A stretch of DNA of 64,000 nt from contig JARDVH010000124.1 in NCBI GenBank assembly GCA_030324005.1, positions 47,512,262-47,576,261 of the forward strand. Direction: 5' to 3'. The translations under genes and the position numbers were made by a program. Positions 11,541-24,375 of the stretch are shown here, piece by piece (within the stretch, counting starts at the first letter, position 1; every line of letters begins with the position of its first letter). Under the pieces are notes generated by a model. That model was given only the letters and a program-made list of their open reading frames with translations. It ran no database searches and was not told the DNA's origin. Source of the stretch: Negaprion brevirostris (lineage: Eukaryota).

Positions 11541-12600
11541 CTTAGTTGAGCTAAACCAACCAACTTTAATGAGCTGCAGGTGGAAATAGCCAGATGAAAT
11601 TATGGAGCTGTGGCACTAAGGAAGACTTGGCTCCAAAAGAACAGGAATGTGTGCAAGATATTTCTCGATATGAGGTGTTCACGAAAGATGGGAAAGGACA
11701 GAAAGGACAAGATGACTGTATTGATTAAGGAGAAAATTGCTGTGCTGGAGAGAAACGTTGTCTGAGAGTGGTTAGGGACAGAATCTATTTTGTTAGAGTT
11801 AAGAACCAATAGAGCGACCGTCACATGACTTCCTTATGAGAGGGCATATAGGAGCAACATTGCAAGGAAACTACAGAGAGGTGAAAAAAACTACAGAGGC
11901 ATTACAATAGGGAACCTTAAGTATCCTAATGTAAAGTTGGATAGTAATCGTAGCAAGTTTAGAATAGAGCAAGAAGTTCTCGTCAATTCTGGAGGATTTT
12001 CTCAATCAGTCCAATGAGGAAAAATGCTTTTGTGGATCTGGTTCTGGGTCAAGTGGAGCAATTGTCAACAAGGGAACATTTAGGGAACAGTGATCATATA
12101 GTATTATAATGTTTGGAATAGCTTTGGAAAAGGACAAGGAGCAATCCAGAATAAAAATATACTCAAAATAAACAGCCATTAAAGATGAGGTAGTTAGAGA
12201 ATGGATCTGACACAGGTACATTGGAATCAAAGATTGGCAAGCAAAAATGTCATCAAAACAATGGGCAGCCTTTAAAGAAGAGACAGTCTGATTAGTCGAA
12301 ATACATTCTCACAATTGGAAATGGCAGATTGACCATTGCCAGTGCACCCTGGGTGACAAAAAAAAGAATAAAATTAGAAAAAAGAAGCATATCATACAAT
12401 TGAGGACCAAACTAAATATCAAAAGTTAAGGGGCAAAGTGTCAAGGGAAATAAGAGTGGCAAAGAGAGAATGTGTGAACTGACTAGCAGCTAACATAATA
12501 AGACAGATGGGACAAATTCTGGACCAAAAAGGAAACCTACAATGGAGGCAGAGGACATAACTGAAAACCTTGCACCTGCCTTTAACATTAAAGAGATACT

Positions 12601-12728
12601 GGGTGAATTTTCCTGTTCCGCCCACCATAGGAACCATAGCAGGTGAGGGGTGGGCAATGGAAAGATCTGTTGACCTTGGGCAGGATTTTCCAGGGTTTTG
12701 GGGTGAGTACAGCCAGAAAATCCCACCC
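12601..12728. mobile_element. Harbinger/Tourist-like MITE with 3-bp TSD
   Basis: TIRs GGGTGAATTTTC / GAAAATCCCACCC, flanked by ACT at 12598-12600 and 12729-12731. Confidence 0.8.
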
Positions 12729-13556
12729 ACTGTCAAAGTCATAGTAAAACAAAACTGGGTTGAGTTCATGGGCTGAAATTTTCTCAACAGGAAATATTGG
12801 AAAGGCTAGCTGCACCTAAAGTTGACAAGTCACCAGGTCCAAAATTTTAAAGTTTGTAGATGACACAAAGCTTGGAAGCGCAGTGAAGAGTGAGGAGACG
12901 GCGATGAACCTCAAGAGGATGCAGACAGGCAAGTAAAATGTGTGGACAATGGCAAATGAAATTCAAAGCAGAAAAGTGCAAAGTGATACATTTTGGTTGC
13001 TGAGGAAAGTAAAGGTGGAAATTGTGCACATACTGGCCATACCTTCCATTTGCCTATAGAAGTGGAAGTGGTGCCAAAGGACTCGTAGATCTCCTTGTTC
13101 AAAAAAGGGTCTGAGGATAAATGAAGCAAATGCAAGCCAATCCTTCTAACCTTGGTGGTGGGATAGTTCTAAGAAATGATAATCAGGGTGAAATTAGCAG
13201 TCATTTGGACAAGTATGGTTTAATTATGGAAAGCGAGTACAAATTTGTAAGAGGCAAATTGTGTTTGACGAAGTTGATTGAGTGTTTTAATGAGGTAATA
13301 GGGAGGTTTGATGAGTGAATTTGGTTGTTGTGGGTGTATATGGACTTCCAAAAGGTGTTTGATAGAGTGCCACATAATCAGCTTGTAAGTGAAGTTGAAG
13401 CTTGTGGAATAAAAAAAGGCCATGGGAGCATAGATATGAAATTCACAAAAGCGCTGTAAACAGAGTGGTGGTCACTCTCAGATTGGAGGAGAGTGTGGTG
13501 TTCCCCAGAGGTTGGTATAAGGACCATGGTTTTCTAGCTTCATATATTAATGACAA

Positions 13557-13875
13557 GGGGCAGGATTCTCTGATCTCCTTTGCCCCACCACTGCTGCCAG
13601 CGAGATTGGAGAATTTGGCACTCAGCCAAATCCACATTCACTGCAGCGGGATTGGAGAATCCCAGCTGCAGGCAAGGTCAAAGAATCCAATCCCTATCTT
13701 GGGTTTACNNNNNNNNNNNNNNNNNNNNNNNNNNNNNNNNNNNNNNNNNNNNNNNNNNNNNNNNNNNNNNNNNNNNNNNNNNNNNNNNNNNNNNNNNNNN
13801 NNNNNNNNAAATCCACATTCACTGCAGCTGTATTGGAGAATCCCAGCTTCAGGCAAGGTCAAAGAATCCAATCCC
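13557..13875. mobile_element. Harbinger-type MITE (same family as 9810-9920); second half duplicated across a 100-N gap
   Basis: GAGAATTTGGCACTCAGCCAAATC shared with ~9848-9870; GGGCAGGATTCTC / GAATCCAATCCC ends. Confidence 0.7.
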
Positions 13876-14459
13876 TATCTTGGTTTTACAGGACACAATT
13901 TTAAAGTTTGTAGATGACACAAAGCCTGGAAGTGTAGTGAAGAGTGAGGAGACGGTGATGAACCTCAAGAGGATACAGACAGGCGAGTAAAATGTGTGGA
14001 CAGTGGCAAATGAAATTCAAAGCAGAAAAGTGCAAAGTGATACATTTTGTTTGAAAGAAGGAGAGGCAATATAAAATAAAAGAGTACAATGCTAAAAGGG
14101 ATGCATGAGCAGAAAGACTGAAGGATATATGGGGTCAAATTATTGAAAGTCGCAGAACAGGTTGAGGAGGTCCAAAAAGCAGATGGAATCCTGGACATTA
14201 TAAAAAGAGACATTGAGTACAAAAGCAAGGAAGATATTACAAATCCTGCTGAAAAACTGGACCATAACTGGAGTGTAGTATCCATTTCTGGGTATCACAA
14301 TTTTTGAAGGATGTGCAAGCCATATAGATGCAAAAGAGATTTGCTGGCATGTTTTTAGGGGTGAGGGATTTCAGTTATGTTCTCCTTAAAAGGTTGAGAG
14401 CAGTTTTGATAGAGGTGTTAAAAATCATGAGGAGATGGGACAGAGTAGATATAAAGAAA

Positions 14460-15835
14460 CAGAATGACAGAATCATTACGAGCAGAAGGGGGCCATTTGG
14501 CCCATTATGCCTACATCAGCATGGATTAGTGCTATTCCCCTGCCTTTTCTCCATACTCCTGCACATTATTTCTGCTCAAGTAATCATCTAGTGCCCTCTT
14601 GAATGTCTCAGTTGAAACTGCCTGCACCACACCTCCAGACAGTGCATTCCAGACCCCAACCACTCATTCTGTGAAGAAGTTTTTTTCTCACATCGCATTT
14701 GCTTCTTTTGCAAATCACTCCAAATCTGACTTCTCATTCTTGATCCTGTTACAGGTCGGAACAGTTCTCCCTATCTACTCTGTCCACCCCTTCTTATGAT
14801 CTTGAAAGTTTCTACCAAACCTCCTCTTACCTGCCTTCTCTTCCTGGAGAACAGTGCCAATATCTCCAATCTATACTCTTAACTGAAATTTTTCATAGTT
14901 TATAACATGGAAACGGGCCCTTTAGCCCGAATTGTCCGTAACGTCCTATTTTTATCACTAAATTATTCCCAATTGCCTGTGTTTGGCCCATATCTCTCAA
15001 TATCCATTTTACCCATGAAACTGTCTAAATACTTGTTAAAAGACAAAATTATACCCACGTCAACCACTACCTCTGCAGCTCATTCCAGACATTCACCACA
15101 TCTGTGTGAAAAAATTGCCCCTCTGGACACTTTTGTATCTCTCCCCTCTTACCTTCAACCCATGCCCTCTAGTTTTAGACTCCCCTACCTTCCGGAAAAG
15201 ATGTTGACTATCTACCTTATCTATGCCCCTCATTATTTTATAGACTTCTATAGGTACCCCTAAGCCTCCTGCGTTCCAGGGAAAAAAGTCCCAGTCTATC
15301 CAGCCTCTGCTTATAACTCAAACCATCAAGTCCAAGAGTATCCTAGTAAATCTTTTCTGCACTTTTTCTGGTTTAATAATATATTTTCGATAATAGGGTG
15401 ACCAGAACTATACACATTATTCTAAGTGCAGCCTTAGCAATGTCTTGTACAACTTCAACAAGATGTCTCAACTGCTGCATTCAATGTTCTAACCAATGAA
15501 ACCAAGCATGCTGAATGCCTTCTTAACCATCCTGTCCATCTGTGACTCCACTTTCAAGAAGCTATGAACCGATATCCCTAGATGTCTTTGTTCTATNNNN
15601 NNNNNNCCCCCAACACCCGACCCGAAACTGAAGAGGCCCTGCCAGGGTTCAATCTACCAAAATACCTGACATTTAAAGTCCATCTGCCATTCATCAGCCC
15701 ACTGGCCCAATTGATCAAGATCCCATTACAATCCTAGATAACCTTTTCACAGTTCACTATACCACCAATCTTGATGTCACCTGCAAACTTGCTAACCATG
15801 CTTCCTAAATTCTCATCCAAATCATTAATATAAAC
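14460..15835 (-). mobile_element. Two CR1 3'-end fragments (~14460-14890 and ~14900-15835)
   Basis: Tails with GGCCATTTGGCCC / GGCCCTTTAGCCC; GTCACCTGCAAACTT is the reverse complement of KFAxD; typical CR1 3' sequence. Confidence 0.85.
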
Positions 15836-15899
15836 TATATCCCTGGATATCCCTGGAAGCCTCTTCTATACTCTCTCCAAAGCATTCACATCCTGCCTA

Positions 15900-16155
15900 T
15901 GGGAACTGTTTCAGAGCACCAAAGGCGAAATGAACCAAAAATGAAATGAAGGGATTAAAAATAATAGATTTGGAATGCGCTGCCTGAGGATGTGTTAAAG
16001 GTAAATTCAATCAAGGTCTCCAAAAGGGACTTGAATAAGCAAATGGAGAGTAAAAATTGCAAGAGCTACTGAGAACAGGATTAGCAAAGCCCTCACAGAG
16101 AGCTGACAATGCTCAACCAGATGAATGGCCTCCTTCAGTGCTCTCACCATTCTAA
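15900..16155 (+). mobile_element. CR1 3' end (resumes the large + strand copy)
   Basis: TGGAATGCGCTGCCTGAG (WNALP) ... GAATGGCCTCCTTCAGTGCT..CCATTCTA. Confidence 0.75.
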
Positions 16156-16946
16156 GACAAAGAAGGAAAGAAAGCAAGGGCTCTAACACCCCTTCCAATA
16201 CTGAACAACTCCAGGACCTGGCCACTGGAATTCCATGAGTTAAAAATAAAGAAGACCCTGGCAGCTGTGGTGCACATTACCAGCGTGATGAGAATGATGT
16301 CAGAATAACTGCTCCTTTGGCAATTTTGAACTGTATGAAGGCTTGCAAGTGGAGGTTAGAATAGAAAGGTTTGATCGGAAAGGAACCAAAAATGAAGAAT
16401 GGAAAGTGATGGGGTTTGGGGAAGTGTCAAATAGAATGGCTATGAAGTTGTTGCATTGTAAACAGGGACATAACAAGATACCAGGAGCATTCATCAGGTG
16501 AATGTGATATCAATGCAGGGCTGCACTCTCTACTTTAGAAATAAATGAGTTAGTGTCAGATGACATGCAACTGGGGTTCAATACCTGACAGAGGGAGTTA
16601 AGGATCAACATGAAGCAATTAGTGATATCTATGATACTGAAATCATTCACAAGGAGGCCTGAGTGTTTCAGTGGCTGAGCCATAAATGAGCAAATGTACA
16701 GGGAATCATTAGAATCCCTCCCAGCTTGATAAAACCCTACATCCTGAAAGAATGAGCAAGAAATGGAAGTGTGGCTGTGTAGTGCTGATTTTGTAGGAAA
16801 ATAAGCTATAATTAGCAGGTTTGCCTCAGTGGGCAACTCGGAGCCAGTCACTACCATTGGAAAGAGGGAAATTGGATTTTCTGGTCAATGCTCTGGGATA
16901 GGAAATCAAACCTGGTGACGTATTGAGACGAGTATGATATGTTCAA

Positions 16947-17786
16947 TGTTATAATTCAGGTCAGAAACTCCAAAGTGTCATATGAAGTCTGCCTAGATCA
17001 CATGTTTTGCAATTTGAATTTAACTGGGGTCAGCATGAGAGGTTTCACTTCAAGTATGATTCAAGTGATCCACTAGGGAGCTTTTAACAAACAAACTTTA
17101 TTTATGAATACATTTAACATATATAGAAAGAAAGTTAGCAATACATTTTACCAATTACGAAAAAATTGGTACTGTATAAACTTTAACAACTAAATACCAT
17201 TCCAACAAAACAAATCCCACTAACAAACCCTTGTCACAAATTTAACACAGATAATATGAATACTTACATGGTGTTGGAACTTATTCCTTTGGTTGAATGC
17301 TGCAGTTCTTTTGCCACTCACACAGACAAGCTTGAAGTCAGAACATCTTCCGAAAACACCAAGGAGAGAGAGAGAGAGATGCTAGCCAGCAAACCACCAA
17401 TAGCAGAATTTTTACTCCAGGAAGGCAAGAGGACTTACTTACAGCCAGCCAACAGAATTTGCAATATCAGGGAAAGCAAGAATCACTGATTTTCAGTCTG
17501 ATGCCCAAATACCTCCTAATTAAAAAAAGCCCAAAACTGAAAATAAAAGAACTCCTGTCACCTGGTCTGTCAATCAATTGTCCCCCTAACAATACAGGAT
17601 CATAAACAAATCCCACAAAGTACCTGAGGCCCAGAGTAAAAATCAAGAAAACCACATTTAAACCATTGAAGCAGCAATAAAATGACTTCTAGCAGGTAGC
17701 TTGGCAACAATGAAAAAAAAAACCAAAGCTGCTTAACTGCAGAGAACATGATTTTTAAAAAAAATTAAAGGCAGAATGGTGTCACA
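16947..17786 (-). mobile_element. Probable solo LTR
   Basis: TGTTAT...GTCACA termini, minus-strand AATAAA signals (~17097), internal (GA)n; no clear TSD. Confidence 0.5.
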
Positions 17787-18431
17787 CTGGACATGTTGTT
17801 GGATAACCAACTGCAGCATAGCCACCACCCATACCTTGTTCTGTCCCGGCTTTCTTATGTCCCTGCCACAAATAGAATTTGATTGACATCAACTTTCCAT
17901 CTCATTCTTATTCTTAATATGAGACGTGCATTTTATTCCACTTTAATATCACCACAGGGTAGGTGCAAAATAATCCCTCATTCAGAGCAATTTATTTCTT
18001 ACACTGAACACAATCTGCAACATAAACTGGTATTAACGAGCAGATGTTGCTGGTGGTAAGTCACAGAATGCATCATTTTATAAAAACATGAGCACTGCAT
18101 CATGTAATGTAAGTATACTATTCCGCTACTAAGGCGCAGCTGTGTTTAACTTAGTTGTCATCTTTAATGCCAGAAGACTAATTACAGTATATAGCAAGAT
18201 TTGGAGACTGTATAAATTAATTGTTATTGGTGGGAGAAGTTTGAAGATTGGCAGGTAGTTCCAAAATCCTGATTCTGGGTCAGAAATGAAAATAAAACAT
18301 CGATTCAAAAAAATCATTTTGACATTTTGAAATGTAAGATCTGAATGGCAACAAACTCTAAATCTAATAAAATCAAAATGTTGCAGGCGCAGGAAATCCG
18401 AAACAAAGACTCAAAATCTTTGTTTTTGAGA

Positions 18432-18745
18432 ATGGCATGGTGGCACAGTTGTTAACACTGCTGTCTCACAGCACCAGGAACCTGTGTTCAATTCCTGCCT
18501 CGAGTCACTGTCTGTTCGGAGTTTGCACATTCTCCCCATGTCTGTATGGGTTTCCTCTGGGTGCTCTCGTTTCCTCCCACAGTCCAAAGATGTGTGGGTT
18601 AGTTGGATTGGCCATGCTAAATTGCCCCTTAGTGTCGGGGGATTAGCAGGGTAAATGTATGGGGTTATGGGGATAGGATCTGTGTGGGGTTGTGTTCTGT
18701 GCAGATGCAATAGGCCGAATGGCCTCCTTGTGAATTGGAGGGATT
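18432..18745 (+). mobile_element. HE1-type V-SINE
   Basis: Head, B box, central domain and CR1-type tail. Confidence 0.92.
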
Positions 18746-18989
18746 TTGTGATTAACAATGAAAATTCCTGGGCTACGTTTTCCAGGTTTTTTCCAAAGTG
18801 TTGTCNNNNNNNNNNNNNNNNNNNNNNNNNNNNNNNNNNNNNNNNNNNNNNNNNNNNNNNNNNNNNNNNNNNNNNNNNNNNNNNNNNNNNNNNNNNNNNN
18901 NNNNNCGTTTTCCAGGTTTTTTCCAAAGTGTTGTCTCAGGTTGAGAAGCGGTATGGAGCCCACTGGATGCACTGATGGCTTTTCCTGCC

Positions 18990-19650
18990 AAACTTCTAAA
19001 TGCTTGGGGATGAAGGTTTGGAGCCCATCAGCTGGCAATCAAGAGATGGGGGGCACCATTTTCAAAGGGTGCATGGATCCAACAAAGCTAAAAGTAAAAG
19101 TAAAGATTCCCCACATTCCCCCGCAGCCCCCACCCCACACCCTCCCCACCTTCTAGGGGCATGAGCAACCTGCACTCCTCCCTTCCCCACACACACACAC
19201 AGAAAATTCCCAACCATGGACATAAGGACTCCACTGCCCCCTCCACGGTACTCCCCAAAGAAAGCACCCCCAACACTGCCCACAGACATTGCCTGTGTAC
19301 TGCCCCTCTCCTTACCCCAGGGCTGTACCTACCCTTGTGAATCCCCCACCTCCCTCCCACAACCCACCCGACCCCCCAGTGCTGGTGGGTTCTCTTTGCC
19401 AGGTTCACATTGGTCCAGAACAGTTGAGGGAAATCCAAATATTGGGGTGGGGAGGTGAGGAACGATATAGCGGGGAAGCCCACTAATGATATTAAAATGT
19501 ATTTAAATGGAGTTCCCAGCATCGCATGGTTGGAACTCCATTATGTCACTGGGGCAGGGGTGATCATATCACTTGCCAGCAAGAATCTTATCTTTTTGGC
19601 TTGCCCACGATTTTGCGCCATTTACGCCTATGGGTGCAAAATCCAGCCTA
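18990..19650. mobile_element. Non-autonomous Harbinger-like element (C-rich interior)
   Basis: Ends GCAAAATCCAGCC, resembling other MITE termini. Confidence 0.4.
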
Positions 19651-19822
19651 TATTGATAAACATCTTGCATGACATTACTTGTGGTAATTTAGAAAGTACA
19701 CTTTATATAGATGTTGTATGTCATGTAATACACAACATGTTACTCTAGTAAGATAGAACTATGCCTCTTTAAAAACTATAACGTTTGCTTGATATTAAGC
19801 AAAGAAGTTTCACTTTTGTCAG

Positions 19823-20265
19823 TTGGGCGGCATGGTGTCACAGTGGTTAGCACTACTGTCTCACAGTGCCAGGGATCTATGTTCAATTGCCAGCTTGGGT
19901 CACTGCCTGTGCAGAGTCTGTACATTCTCCCCATGTCTGCATGGGTTTCCTCCAGGTGTGCAGGTTTCCTTCCACAGCCCAAAGATGTGTGGGGTAGGTA
20001 GATTGGCCATNNNNNNNNNNNNNNNNNNNNNNNNNNNNNNNNNNNNNNNNNNNNNNNNNNNNNNNNNNNNNNNNNNNNNNNNNNNNNNNNNNNNNNNNNN
20101 NNNNNNNNNNCCAAAGATGTGTGGGTTAGTTGGATTGGCCATGCTAAATTGACCTCAGAGTAGTTAGGGTAAATGTGTGGAGCTGTAGGGATAGGGCCTG
20201 GGTGGGACTGTGGTCAGTTCAGACTCAATGGGTCAAGTGGCCTCCTCCTACACTGTAGGATTCGA
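19823..20265 (+). mobile_element. HE1-type V-SINE (100-N gap inside)
   Basis: GGGCGGCATGGTGTCACAGTGGTTAGCAC head through the CTGTAGGATTC tail. Confidence 0.92.
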
Positions 20266-20554
20266 TGTAGTGAGGGGGACCACTCACTGCTGGTAAAATG
20301 ACACTGGCAGTGGGAATTGGCCTTTAATTGGCCATTTAATTGGCTCAAATGATCTCTGGGCATCCTTAACCCCAGACCCCTTTCCCCCCCAGCCCCAATA
20401 GTAATAGCGTTGCGACGGGAATCTGAGAACGATGCTACCTGCCCTACTCCCTGACCTCACCCAGCCAGCTGATGGGTTGCCCTGCTTCCCAGCCTGACCC
20501 AGAAAGTTGGGAAAATCCATCCCAGGATAAGTGAGAATATTGACAGCATGAACC

Positions 20555-21190
20555 GGATAAAAAGAGCTATCAATTTGCAAATTTAGACACTTGTACACCC
20601 AAGTTTGCAGATGACACAAAGTTGGGAAGAACAAGTTGGAGCAGAGGAACCAAAAAGGATTAATTGGGTGGGCAAAACTGTGACAGAAAGAGTTTGATGA
20701 GGGAAAGTGCAAGGCCATCCATTCTGGATCTGATAGAGGCAAATTGGAATATTTCCTAATGGTGAGAAAGCAGGAGCTGTGGAAAAGCAAAGTCAGTAAC
20801 AGCAAGTGCACAGATTCAGAAAAATAATCCAAAATCCAATCGGTGATGGCCTTCTTCCCAAGAAAACTGAATTGCAAGTAGAAGGAAGTTATGGTTAGAT
20901 TTACACTTGGCTATTTTTTCTCCTTGGGTTTAGTGTTGAGGAGAGATGAAACGGACGTCTTTAAAATGATAAAAATGTTCAATAGGATAGATACTGACAA
21001 ACAAGTTCCTCTGCCATTGGAATCTGGAGCAGGAGGTATAAACTTACATTTAGTCCGAGGTGATTTTGGAATGGAAATCGAAGTGCACTGTATCACACCA
21101 TCATACTAAACTGGAATTACCTCCCTCAAAGGGTTGTGAAGGTTTGGTTAGTTGACATTTTCTTGTTCAAGATTGATAGGCCTTTGTTAG
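20555..21190 (+). mobile_element. CR1 RT 3' fragment
   Basis: AAGTTTGCAGATGACACAAAG (KFADDTK), GKCKAIH, WN.LP-like motif. Confidence 0.8.
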
Positions 21191-21197
21191 GCCAAAA

Positions 21198-21512
21198 TAG
21201 GCAGCACGGTGGCGCAGTGGTTAACACTGCTGCCTCACAGCACCAGGGACCCTGGTTCAATTCCAGCCTTGGTTTACTGAGTTTGCATCCTCCCTGTGTC
21301 TACATGGGTTTCCTCCACATGCTCCGGTTTCCTTCCACAGCCCAAAGATGTGTGGGTTAGGTAGATTGGCCATGCTAAATTGACCTTTAATGTCAGGAAG
21401 ATTAGCTGTGATAAATGCATGGGTTATGGGGATAGGGCCTGACGGGGGGGACGGTGATCAGTGCTGACTTGATGGGCCGAATGGCTTTCTTTTGCATTGT
21501 ACAATTCTATGA
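21198..21512 (+). mobile_element. HE1-type V-SINE
   Basis: GGCAGCACGGTGGCGCAGTGGTTAACAC head and ATTCTATG tail. Confidence 0.92.
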
Positions 21513-21774
21513 AAACTTTGCTGTGAGAAATTTTAAAATTCTTCCATGGAGAGTGTCACTGCAACAGGGATTTTTCCAAGTTCCTTTAGATTCTAGTCAC
21601 AGATCCCATCGAAGGAGGCAGATTTCCTTCCTTCCAGGATGAGTTGTTCTGATCTGCCACCGTAGCTTTGGCAGAAAATCACTAAAAGCCCTGGGAAAAT
21701 GACATAAACAACCATAATTATCCACTGAAGTTTTGTCAGAGTTTTGAAAAAAAAATCCTGCTGAATTTAAAAAG

Positions 21775-21901
21775 CTAAAGTTTATTTATTAGCCACAAGT
21801 AGGCTTCCATTTGCAGATGTACAGACTCCACACAGACGATGACCCAAGCTGGGAATCAAACCTGGCATGATAAGGCAGTAGTGCCAACATCTGTGCCACC
21901 C
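21775..21901 (-). mobile_element. Alternative-tail V-SINE, internally deleted, nested in an older SINE (~21590-21985)
   Basis: AAAGTTTATTTATTAGCCACAAGTAGGCTT tail followed directly by the head; flanks match the 59607-59945 family in reverse. Confidence 0.7.
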
Positions 21902-22089
21902 CTAAATTTTAATGACAGGCCCCAGTGAAGATTGGACTGACTAGGGTTACAAGGCCAGTGCACTAACCACTGAGCTATGGAACCAGCTATCCCATGGAGC
22001 TGGCTATTCTTAATTTATTTGTAAATCTGCGTAATGTTTCTAACGGCAACGAGATGATGCGTTGTTTTTACAAGCAAAAGTATCATATG

Positions 22090-22305
22090 CTTTATAATCA
22101 AAATGATAGGAATAGGAGTTAGGCCATTCAGCTCCACGTCACTGTTCAAACAGTCCAATTGATCATTGCTGATCTGTACGTCAATTCCATTTACATGCCT
22201 TAGCCTTGGACCACTCAATACCTTTAGCTAACAAAAACCTATTGATTTCAGTCTTGAAATTCAAAGTGTGGAAGAGAGTTCCAGATTTCTACCACTCTTT
22301 GTGTG
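22090..22305 (-). mobile_element. CR1 3' end
   Basis: AGGAATAGGAGTTAGGCCATTCAGC...GGAAGAGAGTTCCAGATTTCTACCACTCTTTGTGTGAA. Confidence 0.75.
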
Positions 22306-22759
22306 AAAATATACAATGTACAATTCAGCAAAGGTGAACTGAGTCTCCAAGACAAAAAGTTGTTCAGTAGACGCAAAGGAATCCCACAACACCAGTTTAA
22401 AGTCCAAACAGGTTTATTTGTCAACTCAGTACACAGAGACAATATGGAAATCACTTGTTGCTCTATCAGCAGACTGTTAAATGCCTTTTGTGGTTATTGG
22501 GTTCAGCTGTAGATGTATATAGCAGAAATATTTAGTGCTTTTACGTGAAGAGATAATAAATTATTCAGGGTTTTAATTATTGTTTAAGCAGAGGAGTTTA
22601 GGGAAGTTTACAGGGAACTTAGCAAGGAACAGGAAACTTAAGCAGGGAACTTAGGGAAGTTTACAGTTTGATTTGCCCTCCTCGGAATGGAACACTTCTG
22701 ATGCTCTCCTATTTAATGTACCCAGTTCTTATAATTCTTTTGTTTCCTATCAAATAAAT

Positions 22760-22970
22760 GGTGGGTGGGATTTTTCTCCCTCTCCATGGTGTGTTTTGCG
22801 GTGGCGGGAGTCAGCATGCGCTAGCTGTTGGTGGGACATTCTGGTCCCACAGTTGTCAACGAGGTGTCTTGTTGAATGCATCCCTCACCACAGGGAAACC
22901 CATGGCGCGGGTGTGCCGTCGGCAGGACCACAAGATCCCTCCACCATGAACAGCAGCACGATTCCAACAT
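22760..22970. mobile_element. Harbinger-type MITE (family also at 25549-25728 and 37550-37712)
   Basis: GGGTGGGATTTTTC start; internal GGAAACCCATGGC..GGACCACAAGATCC shared among copies. Confidence 0.7.
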
Positions 22971-23789
22971 TCATATTGATATAGCCATGCGAGGAGGGGT
23001 AGAATATGTCCCCCTCCAGTTCTGGCTATAGCAGTGATTTGTTGCGGATTTAGTGTGGCTGAAGGTATTTTACTCAATGTTTGTATTTGACTGTTTGCAA
23101 ACTGATTGCAAAGAAACAAGTCTGACAGGCTTCCTTAGGGATTAAAATAAAAAGGAGTTAGATTTTATTGAGTGAAGAAACAACCCAGGTAATGATAGCA
23201 ATATATTTTAAAAAAGGTAAAATCACACTTCTGGAACTTTCACAACCTGCATCTATACAAGTACGTGAAGTTTACAAAGTTAGACCGTAAGTGGTTAGTT
23301 TCTGAGCCAAAATGATGTTTAATGCTGAAAAATAAAGCAATTGAAAGTGCACCATGTATGAGTGTCATTGTGCTTGCAGTTGTGGTTTTCCAAGTTCCAT
23401 TAGATTCTCGGAGTTGAGTTGAAGCTCATTGTAACCACAATTGCCAGTGGCAATTTCTTTTTAATCTGTGATTATTCTCTTCCAGAAGTCAATGAGTTTT
23501 GCATTTGAGGTTCTTTTTGATAGTAAATTCACAATCTCTGTTCTGGACTTTTAAACTGCAAGACTGGAATGTTCCACCCCAACAGTAATGGGGTTTGTGT
23601 TGGGCTGGGGCAGAGAATATGATGGGAATATTCTGAAATAAATCATGTCTCCAATGACAGAAAATGATAGGGGGTACTTGTGGTCTTGACTGTCATGGTG
23701 GGATAATGGCAGATCACTATTCCCATTGAAGGCCATTCAGGACCCTTCAGCATGTAATTAATAGAATTTATCGCCTCACCAAAATTCAC

Positions 23790-24375
23790 CCACCCCAGCA
23801 TATCAACAACTCAATCCATGCAATTTCAAACCAAAGATGAATTGAGATGGAGACTGAAATCACTGAGGATGAGAAGCCATTTGGTGTAGAGGCTAAGGAA
23901 GAAAAACGGCGAAGATCGCAGTGAGAAAACTTTTAGCATGCTTGTTCACATTGTAGAGAACAAAGATTTTGAATGTGGGGTGAGGGGAGTGGAACAAGGG
24001 GTGAGATGCTCAAAGGAAGAGAAAGTGTGAATGGAGCAGGGCGTCAGCCACAGTGTGGTTTGTTGATAACAGATTTACCAACTCTTCACTTGGTGAGGTA
24101 GGTGGTGGAAGGTGCATTTGGGAAGGGAGTCATCGCTCAAGGGAAAGGTGTCAACAACTTGAAGCCGTATTTCCATGAAGGCCAAAATGCTGATTTAATA
24201 GTCAACAATAAGTTGTGGATTTCAGAGGCTCTGCATACAGTGGATGGATATTCTGGAGAGAGTTACAGAAAGAGGTGATGAGGGAGTGCTGAAGCTGTGG
24301 CAGAGACCACACAGTCAGCAATGGTGAGCTAGATGGAAAGGTATTTGGTGAGATTAGTCCCTGGTGGGTGCTTTG
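23790..24375 (-). mobile_element. L2 LINE endonuclease fragment
   Basis: Reverse complement of 23836-23878 reads LLILSDFSLHLNSS (L2 GDFN motif). Confidence 0.65.

Larger units (their letters stand above)
11562..14460 (+). mobile_element. Decayed CR1 LINE ORF2 (APE + RT), interrupted by MITEs
   Basis: ETWL-like motif, FVRGKLCLTKLIECF, YMDFQKVFDRVPH, KFVDDTK, WQMKFKAEKCKVIHF; many stops and frameshifts. Confidence 0.9.

Noticed and set aside
22595-22666. Short GGGAA(G/C)TT repeats, CRISPR-like or NF-kB-like
   Set aside because: An irregular low-complexity minisatellite with no unique spacers, in a vertebrate genome.
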